Shown: positions 40,491 through 56,975 of the stretch, one piece after another
How the letters are laid out: each line of letters starts with the position of its first letter
Numbering within the stretch: position 1 is the stretch's first letter
Source: Octopus vulgaris
Taxonomy: Eukaryota
Reading direction: 5' to 3'
NCBI GenBank assembly: GCA_951406725.2
Contig: OX597816.1
Location: forward strand, 42,098,001 to 42,162,000
DNA length: 64,000 bases
Program-made: the position numbers and the translations under genes
Notes under the pieces: generated by a model
The model's database searches: none
What the model was told of the DNA's origin: nothing
The model's input: the letters and a program-made list of their open reading frames with translations, nothing else

Positions 40491-40839
40491 GTATATTCAG
40501 TGAAGAAGAATTCTGTTGAATGGGAAATACTTAAGAAAAAAATAATAAAAATTTAATTTCCCAAAATAAATTAATAAAAAACACACATAAAAATGAATAA
40601 TCAAAAACATAAAAGTAAAGAAATATTATAAAAATATAAATTTACACAAACTATAGAAATAAAGTTAATGAGAAGATCAGCAAAAATATGAAAGATGAAA
40701 CGTGAGTTTTTAATAAAATTAAGTTTGGACAAAGTATCTTATTTTGAAATATTGAAATATCCGTTCTTTAATAAAATTATATTTCTATGATTTTCTTCTT
40801 ATTCTTATAGTAATCTTCATCTTTGTCAACATTACAGTT

Positions 40840-40938
40840 ATCATCATCATCATCATCATCATTCCCTTCATCATCTCCTTCATCGCCATCATCAACGTTG
40901 TCATCGTCATCGTCGTTGTCATCCTCGTCGTCGTCATC

Positions 40939-40970
<32 letters not shown>

Positions 40971-41013
40971 CATCATCAGCATCATCATCATCATCAGCAT
41001 CATCATCATCATT

Positions 41014-41057
<44 letters not shown>

Positions 41058-41060
41058 TAC

Positions 41061-41108
<48 letters not shown>

Positions 41109-41109
41109 T

Positions 41110-41162
<53 letters not shown>

Positions 41163-41270
41163 CACTGTTGTCGTACTCGCCGTCATTATCATCATCGCCA
41201 TCGTCGTAATCGTCTCTCGTCATCATCATCATTATCGTTGTCTTCATCATCATCATCATCATCATCTTTA
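40840..41270. repeat. (ATC)n imperfect microsatellite
   Basis: Directly visible; grades into ATT-rich low-complexity sequence to about 41880. Confidence 0.95.
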
Positions 41271-42209
41271 TCATTTTGATCTTCACAATAGCACACCCAC
41301 CACGACAACTATCATCACCACGATCCCCATGATACTGCTATTAACAACACCACCACCACCGTCATCCCCACCAAAAAATCCCAGGAAGGACCCCCCTACC
41401 TTCATCGTCATGAAAATCCTCATTCATTACCATTATCATCGCTGGGGTTATCATCGTCGTCTTTCTCTCATCATCATCATCTCGTCATCATCATTACTGG
41501 TGTTCTTATTATAACTCTTACTATTACTATCATCACTATCATTTTAATTGCAGTTATTAAAATTATTATGATTATTGCTATTATTGATCTTGATATTTCT
41601 CTTATTATGATATTATTATTATTATTATCATCAACATTATTATTATTCCTTATTATTGCTATTATTCGTTTAATCGTTATTGAAATACTAAAAGTCGAAT
41701 GATGTAGCATTATGAATAAAACAAATCATGATCATTATTAAATATAGTATTAGAATCATAATTATTGTTATAATTCTTATCATTATTATTATTATTTTGA
41801 TATCTATTATCTTCACGATCTTCATTAATATTTTTACCAAAATTGTAATTGTTATTATTGTTACTTTTATTGTTTATATTATATTTACATATTTATTTGT
41901 TTTATAATATTCAGATTTAATTTGTATCGAAAAAGTAGGAAAAATATAAGAGGAGATAATGAAACGAAATATGTAAAAAAAAAGAATAAAGAAAATTTAT
42001 TTCTATACGATTTCCTCTCTTGACAAATTACATAAAATTCAAAAGAAGCGCTATGAGTATGTGTTTATATGTTTTAACAGAAGTACACGGTTGTATGTAT
42101 ACATGTATAAAGATAATACATTCATTTATACATGCATGTATACATATGTATATACATATGTATATATATATATGTGTATATATATATATATACATATATA
42201 CATATATAT

Positions 42210-42260
<51 letters not shown>

Positions 42261-42330
42261 AATATATATTTATATAAATAAAAAATTCATAAATACAAAT
42301 ATATAAATTCACACAGATACATACATACGC

Positions 42331-42451
<121 letters not shown>

Positions 42452-43229
42452 CGCACGCATAGATATATATATATATATATATATATATAGGAAAACAAAC
42501 ACATGTGTAATTACATATACGTGTGATGTGTGTGCCTTTGTACTATAACTGTGCGTCGGTGTATTATCATCGTTTTATTGTATTTCTTTTATAATTTTCC
42601 GTTTCTATTAATATTTTTTATTGTTTGCAATTAAATTGAAAACAACACTTTCCACTCTCATACCGTCTTACTTGAAATATTTTGATAATATTTCTTTAAA
42701 TTATTTTCAGAGAGAACTGAAGTGATAATGATAGCGAAAGAAAATGAGAGACAATTGAGGATGTGAGACAAGAAATTAGAGAATAACGGAACATGCGAGA
42801 TAGACGAACTATTGTAAATAAGCAAGTGAAATAAATCAATATTTATGATATAAAGCAGAATTGTCAAATAATTAATATATACTACCTTGTATTCATTTAA
42901 GCATTCGAATTATATACTTGCCAATTTTAGTAGTGATATATAACGAACGGCAGACTACATGTATATTAAGTAATGAATCTGTATGCGATTTGAAAAAGAT
43001 GTGCCTGCTCGCGTATGCAAATATGAAGATCAGCAACTCAAAGCGGAAATACTTGGTCATTTCAGGGGTGATATGTTTCCTTCAACTATTACTTCTTTTG
43101 GCCAAGCTGGGAGACCGACATGAGAGTTTATTTGAACAAATCTATCCCAATACTTATCATTTTAATGCTTGTTTTTTTTTCTTTCTGTCTGCTCTATGTG
43201 CCCGACCGTTAATTTGAAAGACAACTTCA

Positions 43230-45530
43230 ACAAACATCGGTTTTCAAGCGGTATTGGGAACCAAATACAAATATAAATGCACACACGCAAATAAATACCT
43301 AGGTACAACCGCGCACGCACACACAAGCACACGCACACATACACATACACACATACACATACACACAGAAGCACAGGTTTCTCTATTAATCTGACAATGT
43401 ACAGTGACTGCAGAGGAGAGCAGTAGTCTAGACGGCTGACTACAAATATTTTCACTACGACCAGTATAATTTCCTGGCCTCTTGTGAAGGTACCGGTCTC
43501 CTGGTTGAAGTATCTCAGAATTCATGTGACCAATCGCATGTACATTTCCACCATCGTGGTGGTATGTACATGAAACAAGGCAACGTTGTTCATATCGATC
43601 CCAGATCCCGCACTGTATGTGAATCCTTTTGGTCTAAAGTCCCGTTGTTGCTGCTTGTGAGCACTAATTAGCTAGTAGCGGAGAGCTTGGAATTCACCTG
43701 CATTGAATTACATGAATCACAGCCCGGTATCTGTGCCTCTTTGTAGAAAATTAGCGTAAGAAATGTACACGGCTGCTTGTACTACTTTAGTGCCGTTGCA
43801 TTGTTAATATACATGGCTTACTATGTAACTGCTGAATGTCTGAAAGAGCCAGTGACGGCCCCAATATTGTTTTCTAAGGTACCACACACACAATTACTGT
43901 CTACTTCGAGAGGATGACATTGGCTGCCACAGACTGACTTCTGGTTATGTTTTCCGATTTTGCCTTCTGATATATCATCTCATGATCAACATTAATCAAA
44001 TACCTTTTCAAAATCGAAATATATCATATTCACGTTTGAACGATTCATTTCCCAGTCAAGGCAGCTGAGGGGAAGCCATACTTGGTGTCATTATCTTAAA
44101 GGAAAGCAATCAGTTTCATCCTGGAAAATCCTTCTATGATTTTGCTGAAACGAGAGACGGGTCTATAATTTTTAGCCTACTGTTCTGCTATGGAGAGGAC
44201 ATATTACTCCTTACATTAACTTTTTGGGAAGTCTTAGAGTTGTGAGGAAGCTCTGAAAGAGACTCTGTAGCGGTCTTGTTAGAGCCCCTTTGTATTTCTT
44301 TAGGAGGATTGCTGATTTTGAGCCCGTCTCGCCAGTGATAGATGTTGTATCTGTTTCCTATATTTTGATGTTATCAATAATTGACATTTCTTTGGGAAGA
44401 GTTGTGTTGGCGAAAAACTCATCAGGAATAGCTACTTGCAAGTGCCCCAATAGAGTTGTTACAACACTTTTGTATTGCACATTCACTATTTCACTCCTCC
44501 CTAGGGAGCCTGAAGTCGGAGACCCGTTTTCTCCGAACAGTGGCCATGTTTTTTTTATCGTACTGAAGCAGACGTTTTACATATCTATAGAAGGATTTAG
44601 AGTCCCTCTTAATAGTTTTGACAGCCCTGGCTTCTTTTTCTGCCCTCTATGTTTCATGGGTATGTGTCAATTCATTTTCGATTTTGAGCAATGTTTGTTT
44701 GAGATAAGATTGTATGCTATCCTTTCGTGGCCTATTTAGATGGTTTGAGATGTTTTCACGTCGTCCCATTACAATCCCCCTATCATTGAGAACATTTTTT
44801 GGCATTATAGTTTTTGGCCTCCTCTCTCCAGCAAAAATCATGCATATGTCGTGGATGGTTTTCTTTAAGTGCTGCAGAATTATGTCAGTGTTTTGAGTAG
44901 AAATAATGGTAGACCAGTTTTGTTCAATGAACTCTTTCTCGATACCCTTCCAATTACTTGTGTGAAAGTTCAGGCTGGAGAAGTGTCGAGTGTTTCTAGT
45001 AGCCTGCTTGTCTGTAGTTATTCGCGGGCCATGCATTCTTAGTAATACTAGGTTATGGTCCGAAAAAATCGTCGGTGTCAAATTAACATTATGAATAAGG
45101 TTATTTCTGAAGCAGCGGTCCAGGGCACTTTTTCAAATTCATGAGGGGAGCACTATTTGCTCGATTAAGATCATGTCTATGAGATCAAACTGAGATTCTG
45201 CATGCCTCAAGTCATGCAGTGATATACTTGAGAGAAGGCGTTCCTCAGGCCATTCGACAATGTAGTGGTTGAAATTCCATCGAAGAAGCATATGCAGACT
45301 GATTAATACTTCTTAAAAAAAATTTGGAGGCTCTTCTCGGATATACATTGCTTGTCCACCTCGGGATTCTTTCTCTCCTGTCTTTTCGAAACAGTAAATA
45401 ATTTGATATGTATTTCTCAGCATTTGATACATCCACGTTCAGATATTGTTGTGTCAGTGCCATGCATACTGCTTGAATATATATGGGACCAATACTGTTT
45501 TCTGAGGTACCACACACACTATTACTATGA
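43230..45530 (-). mobile_element. Old degenerate LINE (APE+RT; CR1/L2/Jockey-like)
   Basis: TPTIFSDHNLV (APE SDH); NVNMIYFDFEKVFD (RT) at about 44000-44040; FVVSRLDYCSPL at about 43410-43446. Confidence 0.75.
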
Positions 45531-45712
45531 TAGATCACTAGCCACTAAACTTTTTTTAATTTTCTTTTCGTGTTTATTTCTGTGCTCCTTTCTGTCGAAG
45601 AGCGTAGGCTCGAAACAAAAAACCTTCGCTGTTCCCGAGCGTTAAACTGATATATCTCTTCGTTGCTTACACACCCGCCCTCGTCTTTTTGTCTTGTAAA
45701 TTCTCACTATAT
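45530..45712 (+). mobile_element. Penelope-like pLTR fragment with hammerhead-like motif
   Basis: ctttCTGTCGA a GAGC gtag GCTC GAAAC aaaaaa at 45588-45622; homologous to 28690-28865; ends at (TA)n. Confidence 0.6.
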
Positions 45713-45719
45713 ATATATA

Positions 45720-46186
<467 letters not shown>

Positions 46187-46187
46187 A

Positions 46188-46480
46188 GGCGCAGGCGTTG
46201 TTGTGTCATAAGAAGCTTGATTCCTAGCCACATCATTCCTGGTTCAGTCCCAGCGCGTGGTACATTCAGAGAGTGTTTTCTACTAGAGCTTCCATTTGTT
46301 TGTATCTATGTGTCTGTGTGTGTCCCCATCCACGGCTTCACAATCGCTGATGGTGTATTTACATCACTGTAATAAAGCGGTTCGGCAAGAGGGGACGATA
46401 GAGAAAGTGCTAAGCTTAAAACAAAAAAGTCGTTGGATGGATTTGAAATTGAAAACGAAGCTTCACTGCTCTTCTGCTGA
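46188..46480 (+). mobile_element. SINE family B, degenerate
   Basis: ggcgcaggcgttgttgtg...ggttcagtccc...gcggttcggcaagag. Confidence 0.7.
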
Positions 46481-48315
46481 GAACACATATCTGTTAAGCA
46501 TACCTGGAATATATGTTCATAGGCAGCAAATATGTGATCCCGATAACAGAAAGTGTTTGCAGAATTTAGCTTTGAATGTAACAGAGAACTCATTAAAATG
46601 CTTAGCCATCTCACTTTTAGGTTATTTCTTGAAATAAAAGATGACGGTGAAATGTAGACATGATTATTTCAAAATAGAAACAAAACTAAGTAAACTAAAA
46701 CAATAACCAATAACTATACTAGTGTACTTCATCTTCCCACATGCAAACATATAGGCAACCATATACAGTGCTAATATCATTCACGTAGGAAGACGTAAGC
46801 TTTTATGAGTGAAACCCGTATGGCTCACTATTGTACGAACTATCATATAATATGCTCAAGGATATATCACTAACTCGTCATTGGAAACAGTTATCCCCCA
46901 TAAAATTATGAGACCTAATTCAGTGAGAAAATACGCAATCACAATCTATGCTGTTATATGCGACACCATGGAACAAGTTAGAATTATAGTCATAAGTTTG
47001 AGGGTAAATATCATATAAGCAATCACAAGTCTTCCCCACATTTTAATAGGCTTCAACTAGAAAATAAATGTTGGAAATTTCAAGTACAGTTTCTCTACAG
47101 GAAGGAGTAAATTTCCTAACCCTTTTCATAACCGATGTACCTATGTAATATTTCCGTGTTCCTGCATTTTATACAATTGTTGAAAAATGTCGAAGTAGTG
47201 AAATCGGTTAAGAAAATGTAAATCAACATTGTATATGTAATACTGCTCTGTAAACAGAATTTCCGTTCAGTGCTATAATGTAGTATAGACCAAACGTAGT
47301 TGTTATTTATCCAAGAAAGTGTCTTGCTGGTGTTAAACAAATATTCTATACAATTTTTCTATTGATATGGAAAGAAAATACCAATATTTCTATAATTTCG
47401 ATCCACGAGAAGAATGATATTAAATATATTTTTAGACTTTATTGTGATATTTTGAGCATTACATTGTACATGAGTTACCTCTTTCCTTCCTCGCTCTAAC
47501 AGACTACTATATCGAATATATCTATATGTTTTAGCTCACACTGCGTATGCCAACGAAGGTTTAAAATGGAAAACAGTACCACTCTTATTATTTCACACAC
47601 ACACACTTGCGCGCGGGCATATGTGTGTGTATCTATGTATGCTTATATCTGTGAGTGCGTATCTATGTATTCATGTGTCTGTGTTTCGCATACGATATTT
47701 CTTTATAATGTTTTAAATTTCCAAACATGGTATCGAATAGTGCTCCATAAATTACAAATTTTGACAATTTGCACAACGCTGAAAGAAAGAATTTAATAAC
47801 ATAGAACTGCGAATGCATATAATATCAAACGGAGTCTCATGTTCGAAAAACAAAAACATAAGATGTCGTAGCTCTTGTACATTTCGACGTAATAGTATTA
47901 AATGGTGAGCAGTTTCTTTTGGGAAGAATATTAATTTCATTGAAAGTATACTATCAACTCACTCTAATACGATTAAGTATTGGTATTATATTTAAATGAT
48001 ACAAGATTGTGTGACTTCAAAACGAAAACTCAAAAAGCAAATGAAAATCAATAATATTTCATAATACATTTTATGAGTAATATATTTGTCGTTATTATTT
48101 TTGTTTGAAATATAGAACAAAAAAGTGGGATATTTTACATGAATATTATCTGTAAAGTATCTTTGCTTCCATAACCAGTTAAAGGTATTTTGGACAAATA
48201 AAAAAAAGATATTGAAAAAAAGTGCAAAAGAATTTCTGATTTAATCTCTGCGAAATGAAGGTTTCCCTTGAAACATAATATGAAGTGATGCAAAGAAGAG
48301 AGAAATTGCAGTGAA

Positions 48316-48348
<33 letters not shown>

Positions 48349-48559
48349 AATACGTACAAATAGGCATATACACACACACACACACACATATATATATGCA
48401 TATCTGTGTGTGTGTGTGTGTTAGCAGACAAGGAAAACATCATTGAAATGGTTTTAGGATATCGGAAGAACTTGCGATAAGAAAAAAATAGACATATTGA
48501 ATTGAAATTTATCGCATACACAAATTTCAGTTATAAAAGAATAGGAGATGAGTCAAATG

Positions 48560-48648
<89 letters not shown>

Positions 48649-48661
48649 TATACACGCACCT

Positions 48662-48722
<61 letters not shown>

Positions 48723-49419
48723 CAACAGAGGACAGCGGAGGGAAGAGTTATAGAAGAAGAAATACATATAAGGAAGCATACACACCTACATATTCATCTA
48801 CATACACAAGTACAAATACATACAACGACACATTCCCCCTTAACATTTGTAGATACGATCAAATTTCTTCTGCATTAATACAAGGTAGACATTAACGATG
48901 GAGATTGTATTAAATCAGTTGAAAACTGTTTTATTTAATGGTAAGATAAAAAAATAATATCATGTTTTAAATGATTACTTAGTACTGAATCAATGTCTAT
49001 AACTTCCAGAATTTTCTAATGGAGTGACAAACAGCTTGCATCTGCATTACGCTAAACATAACGTACAACACAAAGATAATTCTAATTTAATTTAAGTATA
49101 AACAAAAATACACATTAACACACAAATAGAAACAAACTAGTATATTATAAGTTATGCATGTGTTTATCCGTAGGTATGTATGTACACGTATATTCATATA
49201 CCCCCCCCCGTAATATATATTTGAGAGAATTATGTATTTTACTAGAAGTTATGGTATTCGTTAACAGAAGCAGCGCTGAATTTCCTATCAATAATCTGGA
49301 CACTTAGCATAAACCAATCCACATGCGGGCATGCATTACACCCATACATATATTCTAATTCAATTGTCGCTACAAACGTATATGTTTTCCGGACTGTATG
49401 CGTTTATGCATGTATAGAG

Positions 49420-49544
<125 letters not shown>

Positions 49545-49599
49545 GTGGTGCTATTAAGTTAGACATGGCCTGGGCCAATATATAAGTTATTCTAAGTAT

Positions 49600-49639
<40 letters not shown>

Positions 49640-50663
49640 TAAAACATCTATATATATATATATATATATATAAACACACGGGCACGCACACATAGCCATG
49701 CATACACATGCATGTGACTTCCATAAATTTTCCACTTTGATTTACATATATATGAACACAGACACCGAACAAACACACACATACACACACCCATATATGT
49801 ATTCTGTTTTTTGTTTCAGTCATTTGTTTGGAGTCATGCATATTTGTATATGTATATGTGCATTTATTCTATGTTTTGTTGTGTGTCTGTGTATGCGTAT
49901 GAGTTTGTGTCTCTGTGTGATTGTGTGTTTGCGCGTGTGTGTATGTGTTATGTATGCGTGAGAGAGAGAGAGAGAGATAGAGAGAGAGAGAAAGAGGCTG
50001 TGTAATTGTGTGTTCCTCGAACGTCTGTCTGTAAGATGACCGTTCACCCAAAAAGAACTTCAAGAATGAAAATGTGAGATTCGAAACCAGATGCTAGCGA
50101 TTGGAAGCTAATACTGCAACGCCTTCCTCTCCGACTACCTGGTTTTCTCTCGCTCTGCATTTCAACAACTTATTCACAGAATCCTGCATGTTTCAAATGA
50201 ACGCGTATATGCTTTTGGTACAGAGTTTTCATGACAAATTTGCACAGACATAGTTACATTGAACATGCATTATCTGAATTATGGAACATATAACAAAGAA
50301 ATGTAGAAAAGCTTTCGTGAAATACTGATATTAGCAACGTTTTAGAAGTTACAAACACCATCATGTAAATTAAATTAAAATTTATCCTCGAGTGATTTAT
50401 ATACATATATATTTAATGTGTTGCCAACATATTGCATCTAATGGACCTTAAAGATAAGCAAGCCAATGAAGCGGACGAAAATCACATGAGATTGATGTGT
50501 AAATCCTTTTGTTCATATACGATTAGAAACACATATGACGGAGCAGGCTTTGTAACAATAATGTTTTACTTGATAGATTTATCCTGAGTATATAGATAAT
50601 TTTATTGGTTTATATGCATTACAAGCACACATTTCTATGATGCTTTGCGCTAGCGCCTGTATC

Positions 50664-50727
<64 letters not shown>

Positions 50728-52214
50728 TGTGTAGTCTGGAATGTATAATTGTCTCTTCCTCATATACTGGAGGAGACAGATTTTCGCTGGCAATGTGAAC
50801 ATCTAATACGTGTCATTGACAAAGATCAATGTAGACAAAATTTAGTCGAAATGCATGAGATGTTCTCGTCAGTAACTGCTGGGAAGTTCCTTGTCTCTGT
50901 AAAATACATATTGTGATTCAAACGCAGCACATGTATCATGGGAATTTCTCTCAGACAGTAACCACAAACTACTATTCACAATTAATGGATTAATTTCTCG
51001 CAGTTGAAAGAAATGGTAAAAACCGCAGAATGATATTTATAAAGTTTCTTGTATATTACTTTGGCAATATAAATTTTCTTCCACGAGACAGGTATGAGAC
51101 ATATTTAATCTGGTTTTGACAAGGAGAATCAATTTTCAAATGTATTCTCTATTATATTGAAACGTGTATTTGCATTATCGTAGATCATCCAGATGTAGAA
51201 ATGAGAGTGCGGCGCTCCTCAATTCTGCAGACGAAGGAAAGCAGTTATTGAGTAAATTATCCCTTGGAAACATTTACAATAATTTTCGTACTTCGAAAAT
51301 AAGCGGTCCAAATAGGAATCGCTTTAGTTAATTTCTATAGAATTAAAGTTTCACCAGGGTATATGAGAACCATGTATAAGCTTGGTATGATTATAATTAT
51401 ACATACATACAATCATACATACATACATACATACATACACACATATGTATATATATATATATGTCTTAGATGTCTTGCAAACAACTCTAAGACACTCATA
51501 CACACACACACACACTCACACACACACACATATATATATATATCAAAATAAACAACAAGGATAGCCACAGGTAATGCAGTACGATCGTTTCATGTGACTC
51601 CATTTAAGTGAACAATGCAATCATTTCATATTTCATTACATCAATTTAAAATGTAGAGCTATCTTCCGCTGCACAAATATGTAGAATTTAATTAAGTTAG
51701 AAGGACACATTGGTATTATTTTACCTAAAATCTCCAGGAGGATAAGGAGATAGACAAAGAACATGTTTTACTAACAACATATAGATTAGTTAGTTTCATG
51801 AACGGTACCGGATGAGATATCAGGTAGTATTAAACATAAATGTGCATTACATCTATACATGTAATACAAATTGTTGCATTTATGGATACCTGAGATTTGT
51901 TGCCAAAAAATAACTCCTGGAATAGTGAGACACATTTGGAAATATTTTGATAGCTGTAGCTGCTTCGTATTTATGATTGTGGTGTGTATGGAGGGACGAT
52001 GCTTTTTTCGCATTTCTATCATTTATGTTTTCAGGTTTTTAAAGGGGTGAAGTTGCTATAGCAATACTGAAATATTCTTTCTGTTCATGAACCCGGTAAA
52101 TATTCAATGTGTGTTCTGTAGATGGGCAGAAGTTATCTTTGGAAAATGTTAACAATGAATGAATGGTAGCGTTACCTTTCCAAGGGTGCTTATTTGTAGA
52201 TGTGGTGGATAACT

Positions 52215-52253
<39 letters not shown>

Positions 52254-52728
52254 TATATTCATGCACATATAGGATATATAAATGTCTATAGGAAGAAAAG
52301 AAGAAAAACAAAGGGAGAGAAGTTTTGTTTCAAATAAGATCCATTCAAGACATCATTTTATAATTTTTTTTATATATATTTCCTATTAAATACTTTTCAT
52401 ATATTTCACATTCTTCTCATCTTCTAAATCAAATAATTACATTGGCGAACTGTTGCAGCTTTTTATAGTTGGCAGCAAATGATTAAGGTAGATTTTATTT
52501 TACTTAAACCATCATCATAGTCGTCGATAAACTACATTTTTTTCTGTATTCAAGTAGTTTCTAAGATTTAGGAGATGAAGCCAAGAGAATCTTACAATGC
52601 TAATATACTTTGGTCGTTCTTGTTAACTAAACATATAGGACTAAATAACACGTACACACATCGGTGTGTGTTTTTCTCTGCATGCGTGTGTGTGTATGTG
52701 TGTGTGTGTGCCAGCGTGCGTATGTGTG

Positions 52729-52760
<32 letters not shown>

Positions 52761-53230
52761 CCAGCGTGCGTATGTGTGTGTGTATGTTTTGTTTTTAAGC
52801 AACATGAGTAAACTGTGTGCAGAGATCTGTGTAAGCACATACGGGTAATGGAGAAAGATAAAACGGAAGAGATAAACATATGTAAATATCACTGTTTATT
52901 GAATTAGTGTACAGTTCAAACTCATTGTAGTATATGTTTACTTGAAATATTAGTGCTAGAGGGGTGTTTTTGCAATCTCTATTAAGATACAAGAGGATGT
53001 TATTTGTCGGAATAAGTTCTTTATATATATCATCGAGGCTAATCAAAGCAAGTTCGCAGGCGGTTAGAGCTTATGGAAGGAAAATACTAAGCATGTGGTA
53101 CAATATACACTTGCTGCTCTAAACATATGACATAAGTCTTAATTTTTCCTGGATGAAAATGAGTTGATCAGGTTTTGGGGGGTTATATATATATATATGT
53201 ATATATCTATCTATCTATACATATATACAT

Positions 53231-53270
<40 letters not shown>

Positions 53271-53289
53271 GCATATATATATATATTTT

Positions 53290-53333
<44 letters not shown>

Positions 53334-53365
53334 CATATATATATTCACACATACACATACACACA

Positions 53366-53427
<62 letters not shown>

Positions 53428-53432
53428 GTATG

Positions 53433-53920
53433 CAGGGTCGCCACAAAGTGGGAGATATCAAGTATGCTTTATTGTCAACGAAGTAGGTAATCCATTACAA
53501 ATGCTGAACGTGTTGACTATGTAGCTCTAAACAAATGTATGTATGGAATTTGAAACTGCAATGAACCCTCCCAAATAGCTCTTGAATACCCTTCACTTGT
53601 TCACAAGCTTCAACAATTCTTTGAAGATGTCATTGCTCTCGAATCTTTTCAGAAAAAATTTAATACAGCACTAGGAGAATATGTCCATGGGATTTAAATC
53701 TGGTGACCATGGTGCCCATTCAGTTATTCCGCGACACCCGATTCATCTCCCTGGAAAATCTTCATTTAAAATGTGACGGACCTGCAATGCAGGTTTTCCT
53801 TTCAAAGTGAATGCATGTGTGTCATCATGTTGTTGCCAAGCATGTCCAGATAGGGTTCACTTGTCAGAGAAACCTCAAATTAAAATGGTCCAATTAGTTG
53901 ATTGTGCCAAATCCCACACC
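53433..53920 (-). mobile_element. Tc1/mariner-superfamily transposase 3' fragment with TIR
   Basis: VRHILNEDFPGR*IGCRGITEWAPWSPDLNPMDIF; terminal cagggtcgccacaaagtggga. Confidence 0.75.
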
Positions 53921-53939
53921 GCACGATTATATATATGCA

Positions 53940-54043
<104 letters not shown>

Positions 54044-54565
54044 TGTGCATGTATATGTATATGTATATATATTTCACTTTTTTAAAATTGAAGTAATTTA
54101 TGTTCTAGAGAAATAGAATGATATATAATGAAAGGAGTATGAATAATATGTACTATTTGGACGGTGCATTTTCTGAATAATAGTGACAAAGGTGATGACA
54201 TGATATTACTGCAAAATATAGTTTTTTATAATCTGTATCCCTACATATTTTCAATAGATATTATAATCAGCAGGAATCTTTTTGACATTTCGTATCTGAA
54301 TACCTCTAATGTAAACAATGCCATCGAATATGGAAATGTATGTAATAGCTGTATCTACATATTTTAGGAGTCATTGCTCCTTCTTCAGTACCTCATCTAG
54401 TCCATTAACCATCCAGGAACTCATTGTTTAAACAGCTACTAAATATAGCGCTGTAATGCTGTAGTATTTGCCAATTTTACTTATTAAGCGCATTCTGGAA
54501 TCTGGTTCGTACATCTTAATGACTTATAGAGACACACCGTATTTCGTTATGTGACAGTAATATAC

Positions 54566-55042
54566 TATTTGGTTGTCCGGTGAGTTCGTGCCGATTTATA
54601 GTAGCTTATCTTTCCACATATTTTAGAACATGGTTGAGTCCATAAAATAGGATTTGACTACACCTCCATTTAGAGCACAGTTCAAGCTATCTTTTCGTGG
54701 AAGAATTTTTATGTTCCTTTAACCTGTGTTAAATCTGTAACCCTTTAAAATGGAAGAAAAGAAAGTTCATTTTCGGCACTTGATGCTTTTCTTTTTCCGT
54801 AAAGGGAAAAATGCCTCACAAGCAACCAAGGAAATATGCGCGGTTTACGGTGATGTTTCTTTATCCGAAAGAACTGTACGGAAGTGTTTCGCAAGGTTCC
54901 GAGCTGGAAATTGTAGCCTTATTGATAAAGAGCGATCAGGCAGACTATCCACTACAGATGATGACCAAATCAAGTTATTAATTGAGAATAACCCACATTG
55001 CACAACCCGAGAATTGGCAGAAAGCCTCAACCTATCAAAATG
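54566..55042 (+). mobile_element. Mariner 5' fragment (TIR plus HTH-coding region, 3'-truncated)
   Basis: TIR-like TAtttggttgtccggtgagttcgtgccgattt; ORF from 54750 MEEKKVHFRHLMLFFFRKGKNASQATKEICAVYG...RSGR...TTRELAE.L. Confidence 0.88.
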
Positions 55043-55359
55043 TTGGCAGCACTTATATATTTAATCATAATTTTTTAATATTCGTTAAAATTACGGAATG
55101 CCTGAATTCAATCATTAAACTATTAATGGCAATCTTCGCATCAATGTTTCTTACATACCTCGTTTCGATGTCTTGTAAACGAAACATTATTACTCATCGA
55201 CCAAATTTATTCCAAAGTCCTCGATATTCTTTACTTCATCATGTAAACTCTCCAAACCAAATCTATACATGACACTCGAAATATAATATTGGGTTAAAAT
55301 CAATATAGCTTTTGTTATTTATTTAATACTTATATTTACAAGCAGTGAGTAATATATTT

Positions 55360-55457
<98 letters not shown>

Positions 55458-56767
55458 AATCATTCTACCACGGCAAAGTTTGATAAATTATTAAGTCCAG
55501 CATGTCGTCAATCGCAGCAGATTCCAAGCTTGACCACTAATTCAGTTCTCAACTAAATTGGAAACTGTTAAAGGTTTTGAAGAGGACACCTCCTCACCTG
55601 CACTTTGGCATAAATAGTTTGAGATTTGGTTCAGTAGAAAAAGAGTTACATCAAAATATGTCAGACTCAAGTGGGCACTAACGCATAATTTTTTTAATTT
55701 TAAATTAAAATTATAATTTTCTTTGGCTTAAATGATATAAATCTGTGATCTCCTAATATTGCAAAAGTAGGTTACTTAAGGTGAGCCTGGTACCTCATGG
55801 TTTTAGGGTTTTGCTGTTTGTAACTTTTGGTGAGACATGGTGCAACCAACAACATGGTAAAAATCCCTGCCATTAATTTGGTGTGGATGGGTAATATCAA
55901 ATAATTAAATCACAACGCATATTTAAATTGAAATATTGAAAAGATTGAAACATTGTCATCACTTTCATGGAAAAATTGAAATATCATCTTTCAGTATTTT
56001 ACAAGGTAAAGACTTATTAATTGACACATTATTAATTATCTGGACAAACTCATGGATTACATGAAAAGTAATATACGTAAGATTATAAACCTGGAAAAGT
56101 ACAGGACAAGTTATTACACTTGTAAAAGTATAGAACAAAAACTATTCCTTCTAGTAAAGTAAAGAATAAGAAACTTTCGCCTTAAAATATTGCAGCCAAA
56201 ATTAAAATTTGATTAAAACTTATTTTATTATAGTTTACAAATAACAGTATATATATTTAAGTAGAATTTGACTAATTTACTACCTTAAGTACAGAAAAAG
56301 TGACTAATTAGACAAACTTACAAATTAGCTGAACATTTTTCTACGATAAATTTAAGAGATGAGAACTATAAATAATTATAAATTAGAAGTGGCATTCTTT
56401 GCTGCTATATTTTAAGTAAAAAGTTTTTTTCTTTACTTTACTAGCAGTAATAGCTTGCCCTTTACTTTTACACAGTGTGTGTGTGTGTGTTTGTGTGAAG
56501 TTGATATTCTCTTTCTACTGTGTCAGGTTTGTTAGATCAAAATCGCCATCCTTACTTGAACTGTTTTATTTCAGGATTTCCTTTCATGCGTCTATGGTCA
56601 CATTTTGTTATATAGTCTAGAAAAGCACCGAAATGCCTTCGCGCAAAGAACTTTTGCTTGGCGCCAAATGTCGACTGAATTCATTCGGTACATCCTGAAT
56701 TTATAACCAAAACCATTCGTTTGCTTATTTTCATGATTTTATACAATTAAATATTAGTAGACGGGTT

Positions 56768-56975
56768 AAGGTGGTGAGCTAGCAGAATCGTAACCGTGTC
56801 GGAAAAAATACTTAATGACATTTCTTCCGAATTCAGGTTCTGAGTGCAAATGCTGCCGGGGTTGACTTTGCTTTCATCGTTCGTAATCGATAAAATGAGT
56901 ACCACTTGAGTATTGGAGTCGATGTAATCGACTTCCCTCTCCTCTGAAATTGATGGTCTTGTACCAATATTAGTA
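56768..56975 (+). mobile_element. SINE family A
   Basis: ggtggtgagctagcagaatcg...gttgactttgctttcatc...tcgataaaatgagtacca. Confidence 0.8.

Noticed and set aside
40777-41286. Poly-Asp, poly-Met and poly-Ser ORFs
   Set aside because: (ATC)n microsatellite; no non-repetitive coding context.
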